A stretch of DNA of 64,000 nt from Enoplolaimus lenunculus (lineage: Eukaryota), in NCBI GenBank assembly GCA_030248215.1, contig JASANG010003711.1, forward strand, positions 496,001 through 560,000. Direction: 5' to 3'. The notes beneath the pieces were generated by a model. That model saw only the letters and a program-made list of their open reading frames with translations. It had not been told where the DNA came from and made no database searches. Numbering within the stretch: position 1 is the first letter of the stretch; every line of letters starts with the position of its first letter. This document shows, piece after piece, positions 26,690 to 41,174 of the stretch. The translations under genes were made by a program, and so were the position numbers.

Positions 26690-28237
26690 TTAATATTTGA
26701 CAAATTGAACAACGATAAAATTAAAAATGAAATATGAATGAGAAAAAAGTAACAAAGAAATTGAAAATATAGAGACGAAAGTACGTTAATGATTCGAACA
26801 ACAGATAGAAATTTGTTTACGTCAGGAGCTGTATTCACAGCTGTGTTTAGCGTTGAACGAACTCATGTGCGAATAAGTAAGTAAGCTACTATTTGATCAC
26901 TCACTGGCCTTTAGGTCAATTGACAACTGGTGATAAATGCTACACACAACTGAGATTACGAGCACTAATTTCAACACTGTTGCTCTGACCATATAAGCTA
27001 ACGTATGCGCTCCGATTATATAGGCTCAATTCCATAGTGTATTTTATTAATGGGTTTGTACAAGTGTCGAGTATAAACTGCCTATTGCAGTACCGGTACT
27101 CTTAATGCGCTTCTAAACACAATAAAACTCAGTAATCAGACAAAAACAGGCCACTATCTTAACATATCTTGCTGAGTTAAGACTGCGACAAAGATATGAA
27201 AATGGAATTTTAATTGTGAACACTAGACTACTAGAAAAAAAGTAGGAAAAATTGGTGAATTAACGCCTGTAATTTATACGTGGTTAAAACATAAGACAAA
27301 AGAACAAAATATAGCGATTAATTTTGTAATATGGTGTTCAAAAAACTACACAAAAACTAATTTACAACAACTATTTCCTGTTATTAGAGTTTTAAACTTT
27401 TGAAAATTTGCCGTTAAATTAGGTAATTAAAATTTCGGTCAATTTGAAAATTTTGCCAGTAACCTGTATTGCGTTGCGCAATTGTTGGAAAAAATTTGCG
27501 CTTTCGCAGCAAGAGCATAATCTTGAAGCATGCAATTGAGTGTAAAGCATGCTTACAACAGCAGTAACGCCTTACGACACTGATGAATCCCATAGCAGAA
27601 GAGTTAAGCTACTTTTCTGAAAAGTCTTCGCGATTATAAACTTGTATCAAAGCACTACTATGTTCCTCACTCTGCTGCGGTTTTATGATTCGCATTCACT
27701 CAATTCGCCTAGCTTTCCCCGTGGAAACCGCTTTAGTGAAAAAATTGTACCTAGATTAAATCAAAAGATCATTTATTTTGTTTATATTAGCAATTATTCA
27801 GGTTTTGCATATGGTTACATCTGCATTTAAAGTGTGTTTGTTGAATTTCAACCGAAGTTCAAAGCAGGAAACGTCTAATAATAACAACGCAAATTAAAAC
27901 AGTATTAAAATTTGAATTTTTGAAAAATTGAAATTATTTATATTTCAGCATCATATAAAAATCTAAAAATTATACTTTTGTTGCGTATGACTTGCAGAAA
28001 TGCAAGAGCACAGCACATGTTCAAACTAACGGTCGTAAACAGCAATAATTAACCTATAAATTTAAGCGATTTCCTGAAGAATTTTGCTAAAAGTGAAACG
28101 TTTTTGTGCAATAAATAATCACAACATAGTTTGGGATCGAAATATTAAACTTTGCAAACAGCAGGTCAATTGCATCTCAAATAACCCTGTTGTATAACAC
28201 CGTTATTCAAGCCTTTGCATTCGTCTGTAATTTTTTC

Positions 28238-28405
28238 GGCTAATGTATTATACAGGGCCGTAACAGTAGTATAAGCATATTCTTAAGCGTAAAGCCTAAG
28301 CCTAAACCTAAGTGTAACAATAAGCAAAAAAGCTAGTTTGAATTTTAAGCTTACCCTATTGCATTCCCACAGAAAAACATTACGCCACTGATCTTTACAT
28401 GGGCC
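28238..28405 (-). mobile_element. Family B MITE, reverse orientation
   Basis: ggctaatgta...tacatgggcc; body is the reverse complement of 40164-40354; GCCTAA tract; TSD not recognisable. Confidence 0.7.
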
Positions 28406-28568
28406 GTAGATTGTTGGCCTATTGCGATGGATGCTATAAGAAAAGTCGCTAACAATGATTTCGAGAAACTCTGATACCTCTAGAAATATTTTTTTACTTC
28501 TCTGTTCGTTAAACTTGCCAATGAAAAAATATTTTTTTTCGTTAAACTGAATTCAACATTACACTTAC

Positions 28569-28736
28569 CCTTTGAGGTACAGCTGTAGTTGAAATTGACC
28601 AATTTGAATTCAATACTAGACCATGGCTATCATAAGCTGGGATCCGATAGTGGACGTTGGTAAACGGACGTTGATTTTGTCGAAAGTCCGGCGAAGGCCG
28701 ATATCCGGCTGAATTAGGATTATACGACAGGGACAT
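28569..28736 (-). CDS. Probable extracellular (possibly first coding) exon of the RTK
   Basis: MSLSYNPNSAGYRPSPDF...NSNWSISTTAVPQR ends at a consensus phase-0 donor AGG|gtaagt that matches the phase-0 TM exon. An in-frame TGA lies two codons before the ATG. An alternative internal acceptor (aattcag) would start the exon at 28708. Confidence 0.65.
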
Positions 28737-30381
28737 ACTTCAGGGGAGACCTTTAAATGTTTCTGGAGTGCACTTTTCGCTTGTACCATTCACGCAAACA
28801 CCGAATAATATTGCACTCAAACGTTTAAGGTACGGCAAGGACAGATTTAGACGTTGGCAATTAGATCATAGCGTGCAGCATTGATTGTAAGATTTACTTG
28901 AAAATGGTAGTGCCGTTGTATCACAGATAGTTCAGGAACGCTTTGGTTGCAGATCTGACAGAGGTTGCATTGGGTGATTATTAAATTAAGATTAGCTACA
29001 AATTTGAATCTAAGTTGATTATGCTATATTTTCGCTATTAAAATTCGAAGGACTAAAACATTTTACTGCTTATGAATATATTAAAAACACGCATAGAACT
29101 GTGTGAACCAAGAGCGCAGCCAGGATTTGAGAAAATAGATGGGTTATGTTCTGTGAAATTTCGAAGGTTGTTTCTTTAAACATCATCCCCCATGGCTACA
29201 TTATTGGGCAAACAATCAAATTAAATTGTACCAGATTAGAAGCATAACTTTGCTTTACCTATGAAACCAAAAACAACCAACCATTTAGCAGGCAAGTTTT
29301 CTAAATTTTCTAAGAACAAAAAAACCACAAAACCAAAAAACCCACGTGCGGAAAATTTTGTTCAATGGACTAGCGGCTCTGTTGCACTCGCTTCTCCAAT
29401 GTTGATATCATCCACTCTGGCTATTAGTAGCACTATAAGCTTTTACACTATTTGGATCAAATTCCATTGAATTCCAGGCAAGTGGGCACAGTGCTGTCTT
29501 CAAGCCGTAGCTAGCTCAGCGAGCCAGAGAGCTGAATGTTTTTGAGGACGGACATACAAGGGTTTGCGATGATTTACAGGCAAGTTTTCAAATTTTCTAA
29601 GAAGTGCGAAAATTTTTCTCAGGATGTCAACCCAAACTGCTCAGAATAAATAAAAGATACGATAAAGGGATGGGTTGAGTTTTTTAACTCTCGTTTCCCC
29701 AAGTGTTAAAGTAACTTCCACGCATCATAGAAAAAATTGCGCTCGCATCCTTGGAGTTCATTAATTTGCTTCACAATTAATACTAACGCCTACCGTCATT
29801 TGCCCCCCTCCAGTTGGTATGGGTATCTTTCACTAAGCATTCGATATCGCATCTTCACGACAAAACAGAAGATCAACGATTTTCGCGTTGGAGAAATTAC
29901 TTTTCGTGTTTTGACATTTAGACCCTTCAAAGCGAACCAATTGCGCCTACATTACTCCCAGTGTCATACCACTTGTTGGACTCACAGCTGCATATTTTAC
30001 CGTTAAAACATCATAGCTAACCAAATGAACAATAATTTACTGTCATAACAGAAGAAAACAATGAAAAATTAGACAGTCGACGCATCTGTTAATGGTAGCA
30101 TTTTTGAAAAACTAAAACTGTTTTAGTAGTCAAAATTAGTGCTTAAAGTCAAATTAAGTCTAAAATGAATGCTTAATAGTAACTTGAGTGCAACAAGCTA
30201 TGCGCATTTTTACTACTTATGTAAACGCGAGGAAGTTTACTTTGTATTTTCATAGTGTGACGTTAAAACATTTTTGTCATTTTTAGTTGCCCGAAACGAG
30301 TTAATATTGTACCGTATTTGTTGCTATAATGTTACTTGATAGGCACAATGCGACAAGTGCATCTTTGGCCGCTGTGCAATA

Positions 30382-30460
30382 GCTTCTATGTGGTGCAGTG
30401 GTTTTGATACGTGAGTATTATAAAATCAACAGGTTGGGATTCGATTCCAAGTGATGGCAC
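30382..30460 (+). pseudogene. tRNA/SINE-head relic
   Basis: TGGTGCAGTGG (30391) and GATTCGATTCC (30438) at A-box/B-box spacing; no intact cloverleaf. Confidence 0.35.
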
Positions 30461-31431
30461 AGCGTAAATTGTTGAGACGAGTTGTTAAAAAATAATCGGT
30501 GAAAAGTTAATGCACCAATTTGGAGGTGTTAGCTCGCCGGAAGGTGATGTGATTCGCTCAATTATATGAAAAAGCATACAGATACAAGAGTGTACCATAA
30601 ACCATATTTAAATTGCATTTAAAGTTACAGAGTTTCAGTAAACTTGAAGTCCAGCCTGCTTAAATAGATTTCTATAAATTTTACACAATTGGTAAATGAT
30701 CAGCGTAATGAATCAGACGACATTGTGATCGTTTAAGCGTGTGCATGCATTTAATTTCAAAATTGCAAATTTGCAATATTTGTGCATGGGCGTATTGCAT
30801 GGGATAGGGAACATTAAGAGCACCCAATCAGCATTTATTTCTATCGGATTATACGCAGCTTTATTGGGTCATCGATAGGTGGTTTCCAATTCTATCTTAA
30901 AAACTCAGTATTTTATTCGTTTTGTTATCTGTGCCGGCCCCTATGATTCAAATTCCTCGATGCACCGCAGTATTTGTGCACTTGACCGCAGCTGAGTGAT
31001 AATTTCTTTTTCGCTGTTATACGGTCGCAATACAAAATGGTGCGTTGTCATTATGCTAATTAAGCATGTTTTTACCGCAAACATACACCGAATTTAGCGA
31101 ACGCAGCCAGCATGATTTTTGCGGTAAATTTAAAAAAACACCATTGAAAACTTAATTTTTCTTTTCAAATATAGTGTGCGTAAACTGTTACAACACATCG
31201 ATTTTAATTTGACAGGAAAACGAAAGAATATAAATCTGTAAGTGTCGGTTTTGCCCACGGTCATCTGCACGTATAAAATACGTAAGAATGGTCGCAGTGA
31301 TAGTGGCGGCTAGGGTGGCGGACTACCCCGAAATGGTTTACCAACAATTCAAATTTTAATGAAAAAATGATGTGACGCTAAATTGAAAAAAGACCCGTAT
31401 ACGAGCATCCCCAAAAAACTCTGGAACTAAT

Positions 31432-31592
31432 CAGTAGCGGATCCGGAAATTTCAAAGAAACGCAATTTTTACTGCATGCAATACATGTGCCAATTTGCTG
31501 AGAGAAGACAATTTGTAACACCATTTTATTACAAAATATTTTCTAGCGGGAGGGGGGCTTACGCCTCCCACTTATCCATGAGTCCGCTAGCG
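31432..31592. mobile_element. hAT-like MITE
   Basis: CAGTAGCGGA / TCCGCTAGCG; TSD gaactaat/ggactaat. Confidence 0.65.
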
Positions 31593-32720
31593 GGACTAAT
31601 TCAATTTCAACTTTGTTACGATAAAGATCCTAGTAATTGTTACTACCTCGATTTTAATAAAATTAGCTGAACAGAATTCGAATACAATCCGATCTGAGGC
31701 TTAAGTATAAGCGTTAGCCGAGTCGCCATGTTATTTGCTAACAAAAAATTAGCTGCTCTGTTCTCATGACATCCGGTATGTATTCCTCTACAAAATTGGA
31801 ATTATTTAAGAATGCAATTTTTTGACACTTAAAGTCTTCTTCTGGGGAACCAAAGTATTTTTGCCAAAAAGTTTGCCAATTTAGGTTTCATTCGACGCAC
31901 AGTTTGCGACACTGAGTTTAAGCCACGAAAAGTTGAAATATGCAAAAATTTTCAAAATGTAACCATTTTAGGCCAAATGGCCCCAAACCCCAAACTAGCG
32001 TGCAGCATTCAAATTGTCCATTTGTTAGCCAGTCTTACCCTATTAACAGTTTAGTTTATTTGTGCCATCATAACTCGCGTCACAAAAAATTATTAATCAC
32101 AGGTCGCAGCTGGTATGTATTTAAACAAAGCATCGGGTGCATTCTTCAGTAGTATATGCTATTTTTAATAGACCATCAGGTCCCAAGCAAGAGAAGGACC
32201 AGAGATTATCGCCTATGCTAACAAAATTGTAACATCGCTTGTAAAATTGTAACGCGAGATCGGTCCATGCCCATCTGAAAAATTGTCAACAACCGCAACT
32301 TGTTCAGCCGATTATACGAGCTTGATGATTTTTTCGCTTCGAGGAATTCAGTTCACCTGCTTATTCTCCAACATTGGAGATGGTTTAAAAAAGCTACTAT
32401 GCGCATCACGGGCATCGTTGTTTGATTGTACAATTCCACTGAATCGTGTCGGTTAAAATAAAAACGTACATTTTTGAAAAGAAAAACAAAAAATAAACAC
32501 ACAATAAAAAATTAAAAACAAAGGTGAGAAATAAAATGCTGTTGGATTTTTCTATTTCTTGCCTTAAAATGATGCCGATCCGCGGAGAACAGCGAGCATC
32601 GTCAGCTCGGTTGATGTTTGAAATATGCTTGTTGAACCCACGGGTTCATCGTTCAGATCATCAGTATGCTATTGTGGCGGATTCAGCTGTTGTACACTTC
32701 CCTGGCAAGTAGGCTTTATC

Positions 32721-32907
32721 GAATCTACGACAATTCGTCGCCCGACAAATTGATGCCCAACAGTGCCTTAAATCCGGTGAATTAAGCGCAATCTTAAGCC
32801 AAAGCCTAAACCTAAGCATAATGTTGGACGATGAATTGTCGAGTCAATGAAATTCCGGATTACATGCTGTCGGTCAACGAGTTATCGGGTGACGAAGTGT
32901 CGTGATC
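32721..32907. mobile_element. Foldback MITE (MULE/Merlin-like) with ~15-bp subterminal repeats and central GCCTAA units
   Basis: acgacaattcgtcgcccgacaa / ttatcgggtgacgaagtgtcgt inverted; flanks ggctttat/ggctttaa. Confidence 0.65.
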
Positions 32908-33936
32908 GGCTTTAATAAACGCAGGCAGTGGCGTACCAAACAACTTTGTATTCAGACGCGGCATCCAGGTGTGTGGTTTGGGTTCCGTGGCCCCTCAACC
33001 AAACTTATGAAATCCTAGGGTCGAATCTACGATGTTCGCAGGGAAATCACAGGCTGACCTAACTTCTAAAGTTAGTAAAGACACGAGTTTCCGAATTCTC
33101 TTTAAGACTCTCTAATTTATTGTGTGCTAAGGAAATGGACTATTCAGAACAATCATCAATGTGCCAAATGCTAGGCAGGTACTAGTGCCTTAGCACAAGT
33201 TAAAAATTTTAGTTTGGAGTCTGGCAGGAGACATTTTTTGTATATATATGAAATATTTTTAGGCACCAGAAGTCATAGCAGAGTGAGCTGGAAGCTAAGT
33301 ACAATTTATGTGTATAGGTAAATTTCGAAAATTCCCCAAAGCTCAGAATTATCTTTCTCTAACAATTCCCGAAAACTCGTCAATTGAAGCTACTAAGCTG
33401 AAATCGCTATACTTGAGCATTACCATCGGGCCTTTTTGGTAACGTGCCTTGGGCGGAAACCGAGCATACATGTTGGTACCCGAAAGATACTCAGGTGAGG
33501 CTTAGACATAAGTTTAGGATAATATCGGGCGATTATCTCCAGCTAGCGATAAGTGTTCGAACAAGTCAATTACGACTCGCAATTTAAAAGACAACTGCGA
33601 AAATCAATTTAAATCGGATAAAACTTTTCTTTATCGTCTTGTATCTCAGCGAAATGTTTCAGAATGAAAAAAACTAAACGACAACCATAATTGCACTCAG
33701 AGCGCGTGCGCAGTATGTATTGAACGAACAAAAAATATGCACGAATTGCTCTGTCTGATATAGTCTATATACTGCTACTATTGCAACATGTTTGTGTGCA
33801 ACAATTACTCTCTTCTAACTCGTGCTATCGCTGAAACATCTTTTCAAAGCCAATACGTTTCTGTAGCACATTGATTTCTGTATTATTTCGGACAACTGAG
33901 ATTCCTACACACATATATTTTATAGAAATAGTTCTA

Positions 33937-34124
33937 CCGCTGGCAGATTCAATGGGGTAGCCGGCCTGTTCTAAAAGCTTACTTCGACTGAGATTAAAAG
34001 CCAATTTTTCTTATTAAAATTTCGTACTCAAATTGCGTTTCGCTTCTCGTTCCGCTAGTTTTTGTATCATCATTATTGTATATCGCGCGGGCGGCCCCGT
34101 TAGAAATTTCTGGATCCATCACTG
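33937..34124. mobile_element. hAT-like MITE
   Basis: Right end TGGATCCATCACTG; TSD tagttcta/gagttcta. Confidence 0.55.
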
Positions 34125-34461
34125 GAGTTCTATTGCAAAAAAGAGTATATAGTCAAGAGTGGTGTTCTTCTTGAAATCTACACATCTTTTCGATCGTTTC
34201 GATTTTTTTTCATCGTGTAAAAGTTTTAATTGTTGCACTGCGGCCTAAATCGCACATGGCCTAGCCGTCTCTGTGTGACACTGTCACATGTTTTACGGGC
34301 GTAATTCTTTTAACAATTATGGTTTTAAATGAACCCTTGTGGTTTAGGGTCAAAAAACGAGTAAATATGGCTGAAAATGTTTTGTCCATCCTTCTATTTA
34401 CTATCTAGTTATCGGTTCAGTGAAACAAATACATCGCCTTTGATAAACAGTTGTTTACCTA

Positions 34462-34677
34462 GGCCCATATTTTCAGATGTGTATAGCAACTATCATCAGT
34501 GAGTAATATGTTTTCAAACTCACTAATTATTGCAGTTACGGAACTCAAAATGGATGTTGGAGTTGAGTAACTTATATGTGAAAAGTGTGCTGAATTTTGA
34601 GCTTCAACATTCACTAAATTAAAAGTTACGAGAATTATCACCAAACGACGCTTGGAGCTGCATACAGAATACGGGCC
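34462..34677. mobile_element. Harbinger-like MITE; diverged second copy at 49781-49995
   Basis: GGCCCATATT / AATACGGGCC with cta/tta flanks; internal sequence (catcagt.agtaat..ttttcaaactc.ctaa, tgtgctgaattttgagc) shared between the copies. Confidence 0.65.
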
Positions 34678-37600
34678 TTAGCACTAACCAGATGGGCACC
34701 AAGAGTGTATGCAAGGGGTGTGGGATAAAGGAGATATATTCCTAACAAAACAGGATTTAAAATAGTCTTCAGGATTCTAGAGGTAAAAATTTTTTTACAG
34801 CAGAATATACCCTCAATGATCTGAAATACCGACTACGACACGGCTGGCGGGCCCACCTGAATCGGTTAACCATCCGTAAACATCGAACACATTCCGACTC
34901 CCGCTTTATCAGCTGCTAAAGGTTTGACATTCTGATCGATCCTACCATTACTGGCGAGAAAAAGACTACCCCTAACTACTGAGCAAACCCATTGCCTTAA
35001 TCCTTAACCTTAAATTTGTGGGCAAAGTGTACAAGAGTTTGCTTACATTAGCGTTATATGGCATGGACAGGTCCCTAAATGTTTAGGACCACGCATATAC
35101 GAAACACAGCAAAAAATATAGCATTTTTACATTTTTTGCAGACTAAAAATTAAAATTTTCAAAAATGACTTGTACGTTTGTTTTTAATAGTAAAAAAGTA
35201 TTTTAAGTCTATATGGTTTTTAAAGCGAGTAGAAACTACTTTGGTCATTGAAAACTGTAGCATTTATTTGTTTTTGCTGGTAAAAGAATAAATTTTGATT
35301 TTCTTATAAGACAACAACAATTTGTGACATAAATTTTTGTACGGATAAACAAGTTTAAGTATAAACTAAACATAATTCGTCTAGGAAATTTGATGTGACA
35401 TTCATCTCTCGGGTCAGACGTTTTTAATAACCAAAGAGCGGTAAAACTAGTAGCTTAGTAGCTTTCAAGGGTTCTCGGTTTTTAAACGGTTTGAAACCAT
35501 AATTAACTTTCTATCTGTGGTTAAATAAAATGATTCTATTGCAAATCGATAAAGTAGATGTTAAACTTCACGGTATGGCTCTTCAAGCTCTGTACAAATA
35601 TTGAAACGTGGTCGAACAATTGTTTTGGCAATTCACATGATGTGGAAAACAACCTGTTGCGAATGGGTTGCTGATTTATTGGAAATAAAATGGTTCATGC
35701 ACATTTTCTCAATATTTGTGCTTAGGTTTAGGCTTAGACAGAGGTTTATAGGAAAACGTTGAGAGTATTTAAAACGTTTTGGAACCGTTTATACTTTTGA
35801 CATCTTTTTTGGCATTCTTACGCGTTTTGTTTTACTAATCTTGAATTTTTAATACCTCCTAAGCAAAGCAAAAGTCATCTCTTGTGCTAAATTTGAAACG
35901 ATGAACTTCAATTAATACACAAGACTCTTGCCAGCGGCGTATCCATAAATTTCAGACAGCAGCGCGGGCTGGGAACAATTATGAAACGCAATTTTTATCG
36001 TATGCTATATATTGGCTAATTTTCTGAGGGGAAAATGGTAAAAACCTTACCATTTTATTACAAATTCTGACAAGAAGAGAAAAGGCGTTCGCCCTCATCT
36101 GGATTTGCTGGTAGACTCGTCGAAACGGTAGACAGCTGCTAATCATTAACTCAAATTTATAGTTTATAAAAATCAAAACAACCTGTCTACTTATATATTT
36201 ATTTGCGCATTAAATTAAACAGTAAATAAATCACAAATGTTTAAAAAGGATATGATTACCTCAGTGGAAAATACAAACTTTAAAATTGTTGTGACGTCTT
36301 CGTTGAATGTCAAACCGAAAAATATTCACATTTCATTTTTTAAAATCTCACATCATCTCTGTTATGTTTTTCACATTACAGGTCTTGCGTTAACATTAAA
36401 AACAACACAACACTGACAGATTCAAGAGGGGTCACACAGACAGGGCCCCCAACAGGAATTAAAACCAAAATTTTGTGATAAGATTTCGGTTCCCAAATTG
36501 TGTTTGGTTTCTGGTTCGCTTCGTTCGCAAGCTTTGTGTCAGCATTATATATCGCGCGGAATTCCCCGTCGGCGACTTTTTGATTCTGCCGCTGCGACAC
36601 AAAATGAAGATCAGAAATGATCCGATTGAAATTGCATCAACCGTCAGTATTTTTAACTATTGATTTTTAGAATCAGTTTTTCTGGTCATTTTCAATTGAT
36701 AACCAATTATTTAACAAAATTTTTACGCCCATTCACACGTGCAAATTGGCGTTGGTCGAATTTACAGCTGCAATTTCTATAAACGGGTTTTCGTTCACAG
36801 CTTGCAGGTTCAAAATGAAGCTGCGAGTTCATGCCGCAAAAACTGGCTCACAGAAATGCGGCTTTATCTAAGTCTAAGCCCATCTAACGGTCCCGGGCCA
36901 AAATTTTGCTGGAATAGCTTGCTAGTTTTCAAGGAAATAAATTTAAAAGCTTAAACAAGTAACATATGATTAATTTGCAAATTTAACTCTAGTAACGTAT
37001 CTATGGTCCAGGTTAATAAAAGGTGTGAAAGGTACGAAATCATGCCGTTGATATATTTTCAAGATTAAATAGTGTAAAGCGTACAGGTTTGGACTGACAG
37101 CTTGTGACGAGTGTTAAAATGTATATTTTAAAAATGATCCAAAGAAACACCTCAACCGTCCTAAAACCATAACCTGTTAGCACCGGGAACCCGCTGAATT
37201 ATAAATGGGTCAAGAAAAAACTTTTTAACATATGGGATCCTCATAATGGTTCAACTTACTTTGGGGGGGGGCTAACAAGTTTCCAGAAGGGACATCAAAG
37301 GGATTTCAGACCTACAAGCAAGATTGGAAATTTTTCTCGTTTTTCCAGGGCGAGATGTTAGTCCTCCCTGCCCCAACTTGGTTACCGGTTCGACGAGCGC
37401 AGATGTCTATAATGCTGGCTCCCAAAAAGGCAGTAGCTAGAATCTCATTTCGTAAGGAGAAATGACCCCATGTAAAGGTTTTTTGTCCTCTAGAACCTAT
37501 AAACCATTATTGTAAACCGTATAAAAGTATTTTATTTCCTGACTCCCCACAAATTTCAGGAGATGACAAATATAAACATCAATGTATCTCCTTGGTATAC

Positions 37601-40163
37601 GCCCTTTTACAGACGCCGCCCTTCGCTCCGGTGTACTTGCGGCGATACTCAATAATAAATTTATTTAAAATGAAAACCGTTTCTAAAATTACGGTGTATC
37701 TCAACCTGTGATTGCAAGATTTTTTTGCTGCTCATATAAAAAAAGAGTGAAAAATATTGTTTTATTTATTCCTTTGTGAGCAAATAATAATCACGCATCA
37801 TAAACGCAAATTTAAAGTTTTTTTCTTAATAAAATAAAACGACGTTATTCGTGTATACCCAGAGTGTTGAAAGAAGCCAAAAGTAAATATTTGAGTGTAT
37901 AACGGGTATGTTTTATATAAAGAGATGATGTTCACAATTTATCTTCCCAAGAATTCGATATGAACGTGATTGGATACGTAGTAAATTTTTTGGGTGGAAC
38001 AGTTTTTATTCGCAATTTTATTAGTTTAAGACGTGGTTAAAAATTTAAACTTGGGTGCCGGTGGGTACGGGTGACGAGCCGCTGCTTTCCCCCTCAGGTT
38101 ACTAGGTCGTAGCCAGGGAAGCGGTGATAAGGGACCAAAGCATCCGTAGTCGGAAATTTTGTTACGGGATTTTTAGATACTTTTTCAGTGTATGTAACTC
38201 AAGAAACCCGTTCGAAAAAGTGTTCGTAGAACGTAGCTTTTCTCTAAAATCCTGGCTACGCTTCTGAAATTTTGGGCAATTTAATAGTGTATACAATTAT
38301 TAATATTTGGTAAACAAAAAGTCTAAAAAACGCCAATTTTTAGCAATATCTCAGTAAATATTGTTAAGATGAATGATTTCCACATAAAGTTTAGCCGGTA
38401 TATTTTGTTTCACTTCCGGCTAGAGTTCAACATCTGGCAAAGTTTACCAACTGCCAAATACAATAACCATCTTGACATACTGATCGGTCGCTCTGCGGTG
38501 TAAATGCAAGCGTTCCCATTGAACATGAACGACACACTAAACTAGTAAACAATTGCTGGCGTATTTAAAAACAGTCGCCAAAATACGCACATGCAATTTC
38601 GAAATAGAAATGTGTTACATTCAAATGCACTTAATTACATGATGTGACGTTCGGAAAAAATTTATTTTTCGTCAATTCCTTCACTTGTTTAAAAGTTTTC
38701 GCGCACCAAGAAATAAGTTAATTTTAAACTTTTACCAACCACAGATCAAAACGGGGATGCTTCAGGTCGTTGCCTGCTCCAAGCCGCAATCAAAACCATT
38801 ATTTTTTGATTTAAAATTGAGCACTAAAATACTGTTTGCCGTTTTGATCAGTTTGCTCGTGAGCTTGTTTCACCATTATATATGCGGCGTCGCTTGGCTC
38901 ATTGAAAATCTTTGGATCTGCCACTGAAAAAACTGTAAGTATTCGATCTGAGAAATCGATGCACGCGAGTAGTGAACACGGAGACAAGATGTAAAATTAA
39001 TTCGTTGCTACTTGTTTGTATTAATACTGTGTATACATGGTTGCAAACGGGTGGTATGTGCAAGAAGATTCAATTGTACCCGTTCCCATTGGTTCAGAGG
39101 TGTTAATTTTGCTTAATTATGGGCATACGGTCACCCTATTATACGTTTTGCTTAAATGCTCTGCTTGCACACCGCAACACCATCGTCTGATGGCGCCCGT
39201 GTACGCATATATACTGCGAATTATGGATTTCTTGAAATCGGTTTATACATCGTTTCATTTTAGAAAAATATGATTTATGAAAGTTTTTAAGATAATCGGT
39301 CAAGGTGACGTAGCGCGGTGTAGAGATATTCCAAATTTTTGCAGCAGCAATATTTTAGTCTGAAAATGTTAAAAAACGCTAATAACTAAAAAGTAAATTG
39401 CAAATTTATTAATTTGCATTAATGATAGGCATTAAAAGAATACTGTCATCGCAAATATCGCAGCAACGACGTTTAGTTTGGATGAATTTTCACTTGATCC
39501 ATGGGACATCCTGAGAGACCTCTTGTACTGTTTATTCAAGTCATTATACACATGTGAATCCAGTGCTTAGTCTACCACCCCCACTAGCCTGTGGTAATAC
39601 CGATCCGCTATGGTGTTTAAAAACTTTTGCGCTTTCGGTGCGAGTCAGGTATAACATTGCGTTATTCATGCTTATTTGGTTTCTCGCTCGCTAGGTTGGT
39701 GTGTTTTTTCCGCTATCCATCCTGGCGTATATGCCCCCTGTTTTTGGATAAGCTGCTACGAGCCTGGTGTATTGGCGCGGTACTTGGCTATTTGTAAGCC
39801 ATAAGAATTACTTCATTTTTGGAGCTAACGTAAGCTTCTAAACTTAATTAATAATCCTCAAGACTTAGCGAAAATATAACCTACAGCGGCGTACGCAGCC
39901 TGAAACATGAAAAACTTGCTAAAATGTAAACATGAAAAGTTTTATATACCCGAAAATTTTCAATGTTACTTTTATTAGCGTATCCTTAAACGTAAGCCTA
40001 AACCAATTAGTTTTGGGCTTCAGTGTGAAGAGATTTCTTCAAAAAACAAGATATTAACCTAAGCCTAAAAATAAAGTAAAGTGTTTCGATATTTTAGTTT
40101 AGACATCTGCAAAAAAATGCTACGCGCCTAAAAGTAACCGGACCGCAAAGTGATTGGAACGCT

Positions 40164-40354
40164 GGCCCATGTAAAAATCAGAGGCGGAACGTTTTTCTGT
40201 GGGACTAGAAAAGAGTAAGCTTAAGCTTTAGACCAATTTTTTTGCTTAGGCTTAGGCTTCGGCTCAGGCATAGGAACATCCTCATTCTTACGTTTAGGCT
40301 TAGGCTTAAGAATATGCTTATAATACTGTTCCGCCTCTGTTCTTCACATTGGCC
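40164..40354 (+). mobile_element. Merlin-like MITE (family B) with TTAGGC repeats
   Basis: TIRs GGCCCATGT / ACATTGGCC; TSD ggaacgct/ggaacact; two TTAGGC tracts. Confidence 0.8.
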
Positions 40355-41174
40355 GGAACACTTAAAACACAATATACAACAATTATCGTATGTATAACCC
40401 AAATTTTGCCCGAAATAATTTTACTCTGCATTAAAATATTCAATTGAAAACAACGTTACGGTTGAACTCAAATAAACTTTTATAAACTTATGAATACAGC
40501 GTCAGCTTTCGATATGAAAATTCTATTTCGTACTTCAAGTTCATTATCAGATTTTTGTGTGCCACAATTGATATCGCATACACTTCATCGTGCTATTATC
40601 CGCGTTTAATTTCCAACAAAAAATATGCAACAAATACTACAAAAGTTTAATTCAAATTTTCAACGATAAATCAACGGTCGCTGCTTGCCGATACCGTCAG
40701 TTCAACCGTACTGTCGCGTAGGCAACCTCAAACTGATGTTTTCAATTTTAGTATCAAAATCACTATTTCTATCATATCATCATATTTTTAAAACTGTCAA
40801 ACTATTGGACTACAAAATGCAACGGTTTAGCAGTGCTATTCAGTATAAATTCGACCAAAAAATTCACTGTACCGTGGCTCCCTGTCCTCTTACGTACTTA
40901 AAAATTGATTGAGTTATATATATCCGATGCTCCACCTCACTACAATTATTACCATTATTGTTATTATTATTATTATTATTATTTAAAATTTTTGTTCGTA
41001 TTGTGGTTTTTTAAACATGTGCTGACGTGTGATGGTGCTCTCTAGTACTGAGAACGTTCTTTTTTGCTTGGGACGGCTGCTGTAGTAATTGCTGTAGAAT
41101 CGATCAATCTTCCGTTACCTCTCAGTACTGCGAAATTTAAACAGCCAAGCGCATTACTGTCTAAACGGATAATT

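Noticed and set aside
32357..32438. Candidate upstream RTK exon (gattcag|...GCAG|gtgaac; MPVMRIVAFLNHLQCWRIS)
   Set aside because: Splice sites are plausible, but there is no convincing signal peptide or homology, so it cannot be supported from sequence alone.
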